From NCBI GenBank assembly GCA_013239625.1, contig MU053810.1:3049518-3113517 (forward strand): 64,000 nt of DNA. The letters are read 5' to 3'. Origin of the DNA: Lama guanicoe (taxonomy: Eukaryota). The stretch's first letter is position 1, and each line of letters starts with the position of its first letter. Below the pieces are notes generated by a model. The model did no database searches, was not told the DNA's origin, and saw only the letters and a program-made list of their open reading frames with translations. Position numbers and translations under genes: made by a program. Shown here in pieces: positions 1-12,826 of the stretch.

Positions 1-226
1 ATTTATCTGTTGATCTGTGGATGGACATTTAGATTGCTTCTGTGTCTTGGCTGTTGTAAAATAGTGCTGCTATGAACATTGGGGTGTATGTATCTTTTCA
101 AATTAGAGTTTCTTTTCTGGATCATATGGTAACTCTATTTTTAGTTTTTCAAGGACTCTCCATACTGTTTTCCACAGTAGCTGCACCAATTTACATTCCC
201 ACCAATGGTGTAAAAACGTTCCCTTT
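1..226 (-). mobile_element. LINE-1 fragment (ORF2 C-terminal region), truncated by window edge
   Basis: Antisense L1 motifs gatggacatttag, tagtgctgctatgaacattgggg, gctgcaccaatttacattcccacc; similar to 44450-44680. Confidence 0.9.
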
Positions 227-1081
227 AAGAGATGCATTCTTGATGCTCAAACTGTACGATTCCATTTCTCCTTAATCCCTCACCAATAAAGCTTTTGTAC
301 TAGCTTATAAATAACATATATGTGTGCATTATATAGTCTTCGCTGTGTTCTTTTAGGGAAATTCTGAAAGCTGCCACCTCTTTTCTCAATAGCTAACTTA
401 AATTATCATAAAGATTTTCTGAAGCAGTGCTCCAAGCACTATGTATTTATTCTGAAATGTAATTTTCACAACACAAACAGAACACGGGGCTAGGTTGCCA
501 CAGTGGTCATCTACTCAGTAAAGGGAGCTGTAGAGGGTAGAGGAAGACTTAATCATGGCCCTCTACCTGTGCATAGACTTATAACCAGATTCCGCACGCC
601 TCCTTTCTAAGTGTGAAGAAGGCTTTTGTAACCAGCTGCCACAGATGCTATTGGATGGAGGTATGAATTACACCCTTGAGTTGTCAACAGAGGTGAATAA
701 GCAATCTGCTTTGTTTGGTTTTCAAGCTTGAGCTTCTGTAAATATGACCTTTGTTTCCAGCGGCGTTTTACTCTACTTTTCAAAATAATCATTGTTCGGG
801 TGGGAAATGTATTAAGACAACAATACAGCCTCCAGCAAATCTCCTGAAGAGACTTCTGGGAGCTCCTAGGGGTGTTTCCTCAGAGTTTACAGCCTTGTCT
901 GGGTGGCTGTCTCGTGAGTTCTGTCATTTCTCCTCTTTTCCCCCTTGTCTCCTTCCTTGGGCAGGGCTGTGTCCGCCTGTCCTGCTGGCAGGAACTACTG
1001 CTTCTCGATGGGCCCCGCAACACCGGCTCACCTTTCCTCTCAGTTTTCTAGATTTTTACATGTATAATATTCCACTGGGAA

Positions 1082-1882
1082 TTTTTTAAATTGAATTACA
1101 ACTGATTTACCATATTATATTAGTTTCAGGTGTACAACATAGTGATACACTGTTTTTATACATTACAAAATCATCGTAAGTCTAGTTACTAGGTGTCATC
1201 ATACAAAGTTATTATATTATTGACTGTCTTCCCTGTACTGTTCATTACATTCCTGTGACTAGTTTATTTTATAACTGGAAGTCTGTATGTCTTACTCTTC
1301 TTCACCTATTTCACTCATCCCTCCCACCAGTTTGTTCTCTGTATCTACGAGTCTGTTTTTTATGTTTGTTCATTTTTTTTTTTAGATTCTACATATAACT
1401 GAAATCATACAGTAATTATCTTTCTCTGTCCGACTTATTTCACTTAGCATCATACCCTCTAGGTCTATCAATGTTGTGGAAAATGACAAGACTTCATTCT
1501 TTTTTATGGTTGAATAGTATTCCATTTTAAAAGATTCCACATAAAAGTAGTATCATATCATATTTGTCTTTGTCTGTCTCACTTACTTCACTAGTATAAT
1601 AATCTCTAGGTTCATTCATGTTGCTACAAATGGCATTATTTCATCATTTTTATAGCTAAGTAGTATTCCATTGTATATATACCACATCTTCTTTATCCAT
1701 TCATCTGCTGATGGACACTTAGGTTGATACAATGAACCTAAAGGTGCATACATCTTTTTCAATTAGTTGTTTTTGTTTTCTTCAGAAAAATAGCCAGCAG
1801 TAAAATTGCTAGATCATGTGGTAGTTCTATTTTTAATTTTTTGAGGAAGCTCCATAGTTTTTCTCAGTGGCTGCACCAATTT
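1082..1882 (-). mobile_element. LINE-1 3' end with internal ~145-bp duplicated segment
   Basis: T-rich head then ttagtttcaggtgtacaacatagtga; the block agattc..acata...tagtattccatt occurs twice (1384-1525, 1532-1672); degenerate TSD ccactgggaattttttaaa (1072-1090) / ctattgggaacgttttaaa (1883-1901). Confidence 0.88.
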
Positions 1883-2399
1883 CTATTGGGAACGTTTTAA
1901 AAATAACAGTAAGAGCTAGATGAAAATTCAGTTTACATCATCTAGATTAAATTAAAATATGCTATTGTGTTTTTTAACTCATAAGTATTTGGAACTGTTC
2001 TGAGTCTCTGAAATAAAGTGTGACCCTTTCTGTCCAGTGAATGAATTCAATCCAGTTTGAAAAGTTTCTCTTTTCTCTTTGGATGTCACGGGATTTTCAA
2101 AAGTCAACGTACTTGTTCAGAATCTGTTCTGAAGTTTCTGAACAAATATCAATCAGTTCACTCACAAAGACCAGCAGAGTAGACACTTTATTATGGACTT
2201 TGTTTTCCTATCAGATGTAAGGAGTTCCTTATATACTAGGCTAATCATTCTTTAACATATAATCACAAAACTTTTTTTTCTAATATGTTTGACTTTTAGC
2301 ATTTTAACTTTTTCCTTTTTTTTAGCACTTATGCCAGTTTAAGTTAATTATCTATATTAATTATCATTTAATGTTTGCTTGATACAACATCATCTTACT

Positions 2400-2890
2400 G
2401 TCTCCATGTCTACCATCCAGATGTAGCCATGGCCATCTCTCTCCTGCATTACATCAGCGGCACCTCACGGAGCCCCTGCGTCCCTTTCCCGCCCTTACAG
2501 TCCACCCTCTTCACAGCAGATGGAAGGGGCCTGTTAGGATGAAAGTGTGGCCATGGCACTTCCTTCCTTAAAAATCTTATGTAAAGGCTTCTCTTCTATC
2601 ACCTCCCTCTACCAAGCATACAAGGCCCTACACGATCAATTGATTGATTGATCAGTGGCACCCCTGGCTCCCCCCGACTGCAGTTGCCCTCCCTGACCTT
2701 TACCGCTTCCCTGCTCTCTCCCCTCCTCCTGCCACTTCAGCCTCCTTCCTATTCCTCCAGCTCGCCAGACCTGCTCCCACCTAGGACACTTGGCACTTTC
2801 AGTCCCCTCTACTGGAAATCTCTTTCCCTTGATATTTCCAAGTCCCAATCCCTTGCTTCCATGTGGGTCTCTGTGATGTTTTGATGTCCC
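2400..2890 (+). mobile_element. LINE-2 (L2a-like) 3' region
   Basis: Recalled L2 motifs ttacagtccaccctcttcacagcag, tacaaggccctacacgatc, tggcactttcagtcccctctactggaa. Confidence 0.75.
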
Positions 2891-2895
2891 CCCAC

Positions 2896-3025
2896 TTTTT
2901 TTTTTTTAGTGGGGGAGGTAATTAGATTTATTTATTTATTTTTTTAAATAGAGGTACTGGGGTATTGAACCTGGGACCTCATGCATGCTAAGCATGCACT
3001 GTACCACTGAGCTATACCCTCCCCC
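2896..3025 (-). mobile_element. tRNA-derived SINE (Vic-1-like, camelid)
   Basis: Reverse complement reads ggggagggtatagctcagtggtacagtgcatgcttagcatgcatgaggtcccaggttcaat... with A/B boxes and poly-A tail. Confidence 0.9.
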
Positions 3026-3139
3026 GAATGTCCCTCTTCCTGACTTCTCTGTCCATCTTTCCATTGTTTCCAAGTTCAGGTGTAGGGAGAGGTAAGGCTC
3101 TAATTAACTGGCCCCCTTCAGCCCTAAGGGTATATTATA

Positions 3140-3600
3140 GTTTATGTTGTTATTGTAAATGGAAGCTTTTAAAAAGGCATGTTTCCTAATTGCCTAGAAA
3201 CCTAACTGGCTTTGGTACTTCGACCTCATCCCCAGGAAAACTGATGAGCACGCGTGTTAGTCTTAATAGTGCATCTGTAGAGTCCCTCCAAGTGCCTATG
3301 CTTTCAATCATCGCATCTGGTGCCAGCTTTGCTTTGCTTTTCAAATCCTTTTCTCTTTTAGCTCTCTCTTTATCTTACTGGGCAGGACCTCTAGAACAAT
3401 AGTGAATAGAAGCACGGATACCTGGCATCCTTGTCTTGTTCGTAACTTTAAAGGGCAAGCTTCCGAATTTTTATCATTAAATGTGATGTTTGTTGCAGTT
3501 TGGTTTTTTTTTTTTGCTAGGTACCCTTTATCTGAATAAGGAATTTCCCCTTTATTGTATTTTTCTGAGAGATTTTTTTTTCCTAAATCATAAATGCACA
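3140..3600 (-). mobile_element. Old LINE-1 ORF2 reverse-transcriptase fragment
   Basis: ORF 3341..3649 includes EACPLKLRTRQGCQVSVLLFTIVLEVL, matching L1 RT [27 protein letters not shown]. Confidence 0.85.
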
Positions 3601-3602
3601 TT

Positions 3603-3750
3603 GAGGAATAATGAAGACGGTCTTGTCCCACCGGATGTTGATATATCACAACGTTACAACAAAGGCTGTGGCACTGGCACCAGGACAGACAGAACGAGGG
3701 CAGGTGAACAGACAGTCTAAAATGGGTACAAGTGGAAATAAGAACTTACA
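3603..3750 (+). mobile_element. Old LINE-1 ORF2 fragment, opposite orientation to adjacent piece
   Basis: aaaggctgtggcactggcaccaggacagacaga resembles L1 aaaacagcatggtactggtacaaaaacagaca. Confidence 0.55.
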
Positions 3751-4011
3751 TGATTTATTCTGGTTCCCTTTGTCTCATTTCATTATATTTTTCTTTTATT
3801 CTGTTAAAATTTCATCTCAACTATCTTTATGGCTTCTCTTTCCATTTCACTGGCCATGTCTTCTTACAGCCCATTGAAGATGTTTTCTGGAAATTTCTTT
3901 TGAATTCTGCAACTGGTTATTTTCAGAGACTTCTCTGACTCTTCCAAATGATGTGCATTTTTCTTTTATTTCTTATTCTGGAAGGAATGTTTTCAAAGCT
4001 TCATCCTGCTG

Positions 4012-4340
4012 CTTAGTAGCTAATGATATGGGGTGCGTTACTTGTTTTTTCTAAGCTTCAGTTCCCTCATCTATAAAAAGGAAAATAAGAGATCCTAGAT
4101 CAGGGGAGGGTATAGCTCAAGTGGTAGAGCGCATGCCCAGCATGCATGAGGTCCTGGGTTCAATACCCTGTACCTCCTCTAAGAAAAAAGAAGTAAACCT
4201 AATTACCTCTCCCTGCCCCACCCCCCCTAAAAAAGAGAAATCCTAGATCACTGGGTTCTTGGAAGGAATGAATGGGCTACTGTGTTCAACCTGCCTGGCA
4301 CAGAGCCTCGCACTGGGCAGCCCTCCATGCAGTTCAGCTT
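4012..4340 (+). mobile_element. MIR, interrupted by a SINE at 4103-4235
   Basis: Core ctaagcttcagttccctcatctataaaa; resumes after the SINE with tgcctggcacagagcc. Confidence 0.7.
4103..4235 (+). mobile_element. tRNA-derived SINE (Vic-1-like) with 15-bp TSD
   Basis: ggggagggtatagctcaagtggtagagcgcatgcccagcatgcatgaggtcctgggttcaat; TSD agagatcctagatca (4088-4102) / agaaatcctagatca (4236-4250). Confidence 0.93.
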
Positions 4341-6811
4341 TAAGAAATGTATCCAGGTTTGTTTCTCTTTACGCCTCCTCAATCAAGTCCTAGTTAAGCT
4401 TGGGGAAGGTGTGTGCATTGTCCTTTGTCCTTGTGGTTAAGTTCTCCTTCTAGGTCTGCAGTGAAAGGGAAGCACAGAATCCTGGCTTTCACACATGCTC
4501 CTCTGCTATGTTGAACTGACACCAACCCACCATGTTGCGTGCTTCCCTTATCCTCTGAACCAAAGCTAAACATAAGAAATTAAAACTCATTCACTGTCAC
4601 AAGGTTATTCCATCCCATCCTACAGCACTTTATGCACAGAGAACGTACTCCTAAAATGCAGCATCCACAAAAGTGTAGGCTTGTACCTGAAGAATATCAG
4701 CTCATGAAGATGATGCTAACGCTGATGGACAAAGGTGATAGCAATGTTTATCAAGCACTGCACATGCAGTAAAGTCCCTACCTAACTCATACACATTTGA
4801 ATCAGCAATTCCTCAAGCAAAAAGTCACGGTCCCAAACTGGACAGTTCCCACTGGGGACATCCATCCCTTGCATGGGCTCTTTCAGTCTTAACCAAGCCA
4901 CCTGGGGGGCTCAAAGTCTAGAGCATCAGTCTGTCTACTGAGCTTGAATGTACAACACGCATGACTGAAGGGATGCACTTGTCAACAACAACAACAACAA
5001 CAAAAGGAATGAAAACCCATCAGGAAGAGATTTCAACAACAGCCGTGGAAAACCGAAGACATTTGAAATGTAGAAAATAGAAGGGCGTTTTTTTTAAGCT
5101 ACTAAGATTACACCTAAAATAAAGAGTATTATATATCCTTATTAAAGAAAAGTTAAAATAAGTGAAAGTTTTGAAAGTGAGGCAGACTCCTGCTAAGTAT
5201 GCAACCAGCCTATAGAAAAATACCTCATTTTCTTTCCACATATTTTTTAAAGAAGGAGGCTCAGGGTCAGGGGTGCATTCAGCTCAAGAGTCTTGGGTAA
5301 ACAGAAGCTAGTCTGCAGTGGAGAGAGATGGTCTATAGAAAACTAAGCGAAGTGTAGGACGGATCCCCAAAGGGCAGAGTCCGATGTGTGCAGTAACCCG
5401 AGGATTCACCTGGGCTTGCGTTGGTATCAGAGGTGGCCAAACTCAGTGGTCAGAGAATGGCAGTGGTACCACGGTAGGGTCAGGATTGCTAGTGGAATAT
5501 CTAGTTAAGAACAAAACCTCAGCCAGTTCCTGGGGAACATACTCTCTGGGAACAGTGATGGTAAAGGCTAGGCAGAGTGCCGATACCTTGATCAACTGAG
5601 CTGAGGTTCAGGAAAGCCTCAGGTCCTCGTGCAAATAAGAAAACCAAGAAGGGAGCCCAATGAACACAGCAAGAATAGGCTTGTGTGCGTCCAGAGCGCC
5701 CATAATAGGCTATCTTGTAGATGGTTAATTCTATATCTTAGCAGCAGATGGGTAAATCCAGTCAATATGGCTGTCTTACTGGATTAACTGGGATTAACCA
5801 GAGAATTCAGTAAGAAGTTTCTTAGCCTCATTGCCTACAGTCCACTGGGACCAAGTCATTCAGGCTGTAATGAGGCTTTACCTTCTCAGGCTTGAAAAAG
5901 TGTTGGGGCAGGACAGGAATCCAACTGTAACGAGGGACGAACATGCAGATGAGGTACCACATACCATCCAAAGGAAAAACACAGCGGCATTACTGCAGCC
6001 ACAGCATGATGTGTTCAGGGTACCAGACTTGACTAGAGGACCACACAGCCTGTAGCAGGATCATCCTATTTCATATGCTCATCAATGACCTAGTCAAGGA
6101 CACACTGGCCTCCCTGCTCATGGTCTGAGACCTGGGCCATTCTTTTAACTTCTTGGGGTCATCTTCCCATAAAACAGAGATTTTATTTGACTCCTGTTAA
6201 CTACGTCAAAGTGTTATGAATATAAAGAAGACTGTTATAAAAATGTGTTGCACATAAGTATTTATAAAAATAAAGTAGACAGGCAATGGAAGAAAGTGAA
6301 AGATTTCTTAAGGTCTGTTCACTGGAATTTCACAACACAGCTAGATAATCTCTCCAGCCATGCCGTTTCCTCAGCATCAGAATCACATCTCCCCTGGGGT
6401 GACTTCCGATGGAGCCAAACAAAAACTCATGAGATTTCCCTGTAAACACTCTGCCTTTTCCGATCTTAAATCACCCGATCCTCCTCTACACTCAGACTTG
6501 ACCATTCCTCCCGCTCTTTGTCAGCCTGCATTAATGATCACTGCATTCAAAAATCTCAGTCAAAACTCAGCTTCTTCATTAAGCTACGTGGTCCTATATA
6601 TGCTCTCCCATGTATACCATCATTCTTCAACATGTATTTTTAGTCCACTTAAATACAAACTGGGAGTGTGGGGAAGGGAGGAATGGCTTCTTAGAGAAGA
6701 TGGAATTTGAATAGACCTAGAATGAGCAAAAAATTTAATAAGTAGACGTGGAGAAGGGCATTCCATTCCTCACCACCACCACCAATTACCACCATCGTCA
6801 TCATTATCATC

Positions 6812-7054
6812 AGAGCTAACACTTATTGCATGCTTCCTATGAGCCAAGCACTGTTCTAAGCAGTTGATATGCAATATTTTGCTTAACTCTCATGGCAACA
6901 CTAAGAGTTAAATATTATTATTAGCTCCATTTTACTGATGCATATACTGAGGCGCTGATGGATGAAGGAACTTGCCCAAGATTGCTCAACCACTGAGGAA
7001 CAGAACAAAGTTTGAAACACAGAGGCTGTGCTTGTAACCACTATGCTATCCTGC
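6812..7054 (-). mobile_element. MIR near full length, flanked by antisense L2 pieces (~6680-6765, ~7150-7295)
   Basis: agctaacacttattg...ccaagcactgttctaagc...ccattttactgatg...actgaggc...aacttgcccaag...taaccactatgcta. Confidence 0.85.
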
Positions 7055-7383
7055 ATCACAAAATGATTGTGAACACCAGCAGACACAGAGAAGCGCGCAG
7101 GGTCTGAAGAAAAGCCACAAAGAAATACGGCTAGACACCAACAACAGCGTTTAGTCTGGAGAGTTAGAATCAGGCCAAGTTACAAAAGGTCTTGAATTCC
7201 TTCACCATATTTGCTTTCATAGGAGTTATTCTGTGGATAGTAGGCAGCTATCAGTGGTTTTTAAGCAGATGAATGGGACGAGATCTGGCTTTAGTTAGGT
7301 AAGTTTGGAGATAGTAGAATCCACAGATAACTGAAATTCAGCAGAAATCACCAAGTCTCATCTTTCCTTTGTAATGTATTTAC

Positions 7384-7445
7384 CTGGTGAAGAACTTTGC
7401 ATTCAGTCTAATTTGAATTCAGTGCAGACTCTGAAGCACTGTAAC
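7384..7445 (-). other. Candidate 62-nt exon, stops in all three frames (non-coding or 5' UTR)
   Basis: Minus strand acceptor ...tgtcatag| and donor ccag|gtaaat; unique sequence. Confidence 0.3.
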
Positions 7446-7811
7446 CTATGACACCTCCAACAAACAAGAAGAAATGACTCAATTCGTCATGGGCCAGTAG
7501 GTATATAATAACAGTGACTCTTGCTAACTGTATGAAATTATTGTTATCCAAATTTCCTTCTTCCATGGCGTACATACCCAGTTTCCTCTAATTACTGGAT
7601 GTGTTTATCAGCTACATCTTTATGAAATAAAGAAAAAAATATGAAATATGTTTACCCTGCATAAATCTTTTCCCTCCACTCTAAGCAAGCTGCAATTAGC
7701 AGCCAAAGCAGTATTGAAAGGGGCTTAGAAAGAACAATAAAGATGTGTGAATTATGTGTATAACTGAGTTTAATTAAATCCCTTTACTGAAAGAAATGGA
7801 AGCGTTAAGAG

Positions 7812-8350
7812 TTACTCACACTTTCCAGCTGCTCGCATTAAGCTCCTGGTGGAACCCTTGCAAGGAAACTGCAAAAGGGGGAAATTCTGCTCTGGGCAAC
7901 CCAGCTGAAGTTCATCTCTGAAGCAGTTCAGACCACTTCCTGTGCCTAGTTTCCAACCTCTGTTTGGGATCTAGCTATGTCACTGAAACTTGATTGTTTG
8001 TGGTTAATTAGCCTAACCCATTAAATTACTCAGTTGCTTAATAAGACACAATTTGGTTACTCTTTTGGCCGCAAATCAAAAAGTAGACCCTGAATCTCTC
8101 TTTTTGACTTCTATAGATCTATTATCTTGATTTCTCATCTTTCGCTTTAAAATAAAATGTATTTTTCCACAAAACCTCCAACTATCCCAAAAATGAATTT
8201 TACTTCGGAACGCTAAATTCCCTGTTTGCTGGATTCAGGAAGTCACTGTGTTTGTTACCCGGGGGGTGGGGGTGGGGTACATTTTTCAGCTAATGCAGCT
8301 CAGTGTTCATACCAAGAGCTTACCCTGCTAAGAATCTGGAATTTCCCTGA
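7812..8350 (-). promoter_or_regulatory. Candidate promoter/first exon with ETS, RUNX and NF-kB motifs
   Basis: Donor aagt|gtgagt with exon end 7820; acttcctg 7935-7942; tgtggtt 7999-8005; caggaagt 8236-8243; GGGAAATTCC on minus at 8338-8347. Confidence 0.35.
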
Positions 8351-9339
8351 GGATGACTGACCTTTTGTCACAACTCTCAAAGCAGACAATGCACGGTTTT
8401 CGAGGCCAAGAGCATTTGACTCCTGCACTGTGCCGTAGAAGTGTGGGGTCTCAAACAAGCACTTGCCAGTGTTTCTTGAGGACGATTTTGGCTTTGCTCA
8501 CAGGTAACCCTGTCTACCAGCTGGAGCCAAGGTCGGCAGCCCTCCAGCTGACTGACCAGCTGCTTAAACCTCTCAACTTCTGTAACAGAAATGCAGGCGT
8601 GACATCCACACGTGTGAGAACTGTGAACACGTCGTAAATCAGCAGCCACTGCTTTAAAGCTCTTGCCAAAGAGTAGAGCCTTGAATCCTCTCCCTAGATA
8701 TCACTTCTGTGAATGTTTCTTCCCTCCTCTTCATGTTTCTTTCCTTGGGGAGGAATCTTAACAACAAATGTCTTGGTTTCTCTCTGTCCTAGTGAGCTAA
8801 GCTGCCTGGGGGGGTCTGGAAGTAGAAAGTGGGTACGCTCCATTTTCATTTGGGAAGAGACCAAACGTTCCTCTCTGCTTCTCCTAAGCCCTTGGCGAGG
8901 GCCTCCCCCCGTCTGGTGCTGCCCCACACCGGGCTGGTTCATCAGTCTGTTTTAGGGGTTCAGTGGTGGGGAGCTCACTTGCCTATATTTGGAAACAACA
9001 TTTTCCAAAACCAGGCTTATGAGTAATGAAGGCGAGGGAAATACTCAGCTCCAGTCAACTCTAGCCTTCCTCTCTCCCCTAAACAAAACAAAACAAAACA
9101 AAACAAACAAGAGAAGCACGTGCAAAGATCACGGCCCAGGGTCACAGGCTCACTAAAAGACTGACACCTTCAAAGCATATAATGTCAACATTCCTTTCAA
9201 TATGTTTTCATACTGGAAAAGGAAAGGAATGCCTCCCTATTCTTTTGCAATTTTTTTGTAATTTTTTTACGATAGTTTTCACTTTCTTCTTTCATACAAA
9301 CTTGAAACTAAATTTACTAGATACAAAAGCAAATCATAT

Positions 9340-9690
9340 ATAACGATGTATAATTGGAATCTTACTACATTCATAATTAATTTAGGAAAAAGTGACATTT
9401 CTATGACTTTATACTATCTCTAGAATATAACTGTCTTTACATTAACTCAGATCTTATTTTATTAAGCTATTTCATAAAATTTTATATCTTTCAATTAAAA
9501 AGTCCAATTTTCTTCACACAGGTTTGGTTATTTTTTGTTATATTTAATCCTAAGTATGTTTGTGTTTCTAATTTTATTTTAATTAGATATTGTTAATTAT
9601 TAAAACTTTAATAATTTTCAATCATCATGTTAATTTTTCACATTTAGGAATTATAACATACAACAATTTTCAAATAAAGATAATATTTCT
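9340..9690 (-). mobile_element. Old LINE-1 ORF2 fragment
   Basis: attaatttaggaaaaagtgacatttct and atttaatcctaagtat resemble antisense L1 ORF2. Confidence 0.6.
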
Positions 9691-9709
9691 TCTCAAAAAA
9701 TTAAAAAAT

Positions 9710-10210
9710 AATGGATATATAAAGTGTAGTACATCTAGACAGTGGAATATTATTAAGCATTAAAAATAAATAAGCTATCAAACCATGAAAAGACATGGGG
9801 GAAACTTGAATGCATTTTGCAAGGTGAAAGATGCCAATCTGAAAAGACTACATGCTATATAATGACAACTATATGACATTCTGGAAAAGGTAAAACTATG
9901 GAGACAGTAAAAAGGTCAATGATTAATAGACACAGCACAGAAAATTTGGGGTCAGTGAAACTGTTCTTATGATACCTTAATGGTGGATCCATGTCATTAG
10001 ACAGTTGTTAAAACTCACAGAATGTAAGACACAAAGAGTGAACCCTAACGCAAGCTATGGACTTTAGTTAACCATAACGTATCAATACTAGCTCATTAAT
10101 TTTAACAATTACACCACACTAATGTAAGATGCTAATAATGGGGGAAACTGGGAAGAATGACATGAGAACAATCTGTATTATCTAGTTGATTTTTCTGTAA
10201 ACCTAAAACC
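9710..10210 (+). mobile_element. LINE-1 3' end (L1MC1/2-like)
   Basis: ctatatgacattctggaaaaggtaaaactatggagacagtaaaa, aagagtgaaccctaa, ttttctgtaaacctaaaac. Confidence 0.85.
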
Positions 10211-10452
10211 AGTGGGGGGAAGGGGGTGAATCTATTAATTAGAAAAATGAAAGCAAGGGAAATGAGTTTTAAAAATCTTACAACATTAAAAAAACAGGAC
10301 ATCATAACTGAAAACAAGCAGAAATTTTGTCAGTAAAAATTTAAATACCTAATGCACTCAGAATTCAGCTACTGGAATTTTCAGAAACAGAATGTTAATC
10401 ATAGAGAGTTTAGAGAAATAAAACAGAAACTTAACCAATAAAAGCAGGGGTT

Positions 10453-11262
10453 TGATATGGTGATTTATAACAAAAAATATATATTTGATCTTCAACCCCA
10501 TTTCTGGCACAGAGCTCCAAAAACCTGTGGAATTTCCTAAGTGATAAGAGCAAGAAAGTTTCTTTGCTGCTTACAACAAGCCCCTTTCAAACACACATGA
10601 GTTTATGCCAATGAGGGGACTTCTGGAAAGCCCCTAAGGATGGGAGCTGATTGCCAGGGGGACCAGCCAGGTGATTAGAGGGTTGGAATTTTCAGCCCCA
10701 CCCTCAGACTCTGGGGAGAAGAGAAAGGATAAAGATGGAGTTCACTCCTCAATGACCAATGATTTAATCAGTTGTGCCCATGTAATGAAGCCTCTATAAA
10801 AAACATAAAACTGGATTCAGAGAGTTTTCAGGTTGGTGAATCAGAATGCTTCCATATGCTGGAAGGGTGGTGCAACCCAAACTTCACGGGGACAGAAGCT
10901 CCTATGTTAAGGACCCTTTCAGACCATATTTTATGTATCACTTCATCTGACTGTTCATTCGCTTCTAATGTCCATTGTAAATAACCACCAATCTAGTAAG
11001 TAAACTAGTTTCCTGAGTTCCATGAGCTGCTCTAGCAAATTAATCCAACCCACAAAGGAGATCATAAGAACTTCTGCTTTACAGCTGGTTGGCTAGAAGC
11101 ACAGGTGGCAACCTGGATTCATGATTAGCATCTGAAGTGGGGGCAGTCTTGTGGGACCGAGCCCTTAACCTGTGGGATCTGCTGCTAGGTAGATGGTATC
11201 AGAATTGAATGAAATCTGTAGGACACCCAGTTAGTGTCTACCCAGAACTGGAGAACTGCTTG
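10453..11262 (+). mobile_element. MER21-family solo LTR
   Basis: tctggcacagagctcc, aggtgattagagggttggaattttcagccccacc, tttcctgagttccatgagctgctctagcaaattaatc, catctgaagtgggggcagtcttgtggga. Confidence 0.85.
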
Positions 11263-11299
11263 AGGAAGAAGGCTATAAAGTCTGACCAAGGAGATTTGC

Positions 11300-12110
11300 A
11301 AAAAACCATATAACTTTTAGAAATTAAAAATACAACCATTTAAATTTACAACTCAAAGGGTTAAGCCTATACAGCAAAGTAGAAAATCAGTCAATTTGAA
11401 ATTAAATCAGAAGAAATCAGTTAAAAGGCAATCCATAGAAATAAAGACATGGAAAATATAAAAGAGAGATTAAGTGACATGGAATATAGAGTAAGAAATT
11501 CTCAAATATATCGTAAATAGAATAAAAACATCTAATGAGTATTTTGTCAGGGTACCAGAAAGAGGTAATATTAGAAAGAGAGCAGAAGCAACATTGGAAA
11601 AGATAATAGCTCACAATTGATCAGAACTGGGAAAAGATACCAATCCTCAGCTTCAGAAAGCCTAATGAATCCCCAAAAGAACAATAATACAGAAATCCTC
11701 CTTTGACAAGTCATTTGAAACTTCAAAACTCTAAAGGTAAAGAGAGAAAAAAAATCTTAAAAGCAGCCAGAGAGGTAAGACTAATCATCTTCAAAGGAAA
11801 GATAAGTGGATTCACATCTAATTTTCAACAGCAATAATGGGAAGCCAAATAATATATCAATGTACTGAGAGGAAAACTGTCAATCTAGAATTCTGTACAT
11901 AGGGTACAGCAAATGGGGTTGGAACAATTGACTACTTGCAGAAAAATGAAATTGCCTGAATTCAAGAGTTAAAAGCAAGAGAAAAATAAAATCACAGACG
12001 AATTTGGGAAAGACTTGAATACTCTTTATGTGACCTGGGAGGTAGCAGAAAGTAAAAGCCATCCTAAATAAAAGCAAAAGAGGAAACCATCAAGGAAAAA
12101 AAAAATCAAG
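11300..12110 (+). mobile_element. Old LINE-1 ORF1 / ORF2 remnants
   Basis: aatcttaaaagcagccagagag (ORF1 ILKAARE motif), tcaatctagaattctgta. Confidence 0.7.
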
Positions 12111-12761
12111 TTGCGACAGAATTGACCACAAACAAATTCAATGAATGTAGATACACAGAAAACACTGGGGGACTTTTTTCTTTCTGTGTGGGATTCAGGT
12201 GATATTTTTCCTCCTTTATATTTTACAGCTTTTCCAGTTTTTTTAATAAAAAGTATTACTTGTATTTTCAGAAAACTATTAAATTTAAAAATTAAAACAG
12301 AGTTTAACTAGGAAACTTGCCTGAACGAAAGGTTACCCTACCTCACCGTACAGTTGGCCACGGGTCTACCTGTGGGCAGTCTCTCACAATGTCTTTACAT
12401 AATTATAATTTATTACTTATGTACATATTTATTTAATATTTATCTCCCCCTCTCCTACCTAAATCCCAGTCTTTCTCAACCTGGGTTCAGAGGGAGAATT
12501 AGTTCCAAATACCCTAATGCCTCCGTTTTAAATAATGAAGTCACTTCTCTCCTAAGCATCTAGAATGGAGCTCTTGAAACACCAGCCTTGGAAGAGGTGA
12601 GACTGTACTATGTAGTTCAGAGGAGAAACCATGCTTGAAAAAGGCATGGAGTAGACCCTAAGCTCTGCTTAAGCCTGAGGGCAGGAAATAGATCTCTTTC
12701 CTCCTGGGCTTGTGCTTGGTGCCCAGTACCATGTACAAAATAATACATGCGAGTCACTGAG

Positions 12762-12826
12762 TCAGTTGATAATCTGCTCAGTGCTCTGTTGGATCGGTAT
12801 CTGCTCAAAAAAGAGAGTCTTTCCAT
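12762..12826 (-). CDS. Candidate terminal coding exon (N)GKTLFFEQIPIQQSTEQIIN*
   Basis: Acceptor ttccagtttgtttcag|AT; phase 1 fits upstream exon ending GAG A|; stop 12762-12764; minus-strand AATAAA at 12409-12414 and 12428-12433. Confidence 0.45.

Noticed and set aside
4103..4178. tRNA-like sequence with A and B boxes
   Set aside because: Followed by a SINE-specific tail and TSD, with four copies in the window; it is a SINE head, not a tRNA gene
8353..9026. Overlapping 65-94 aa ORFs on both strands
   Set aside because: Expected by chance in locally GC-richer DNA; no recognisable motif
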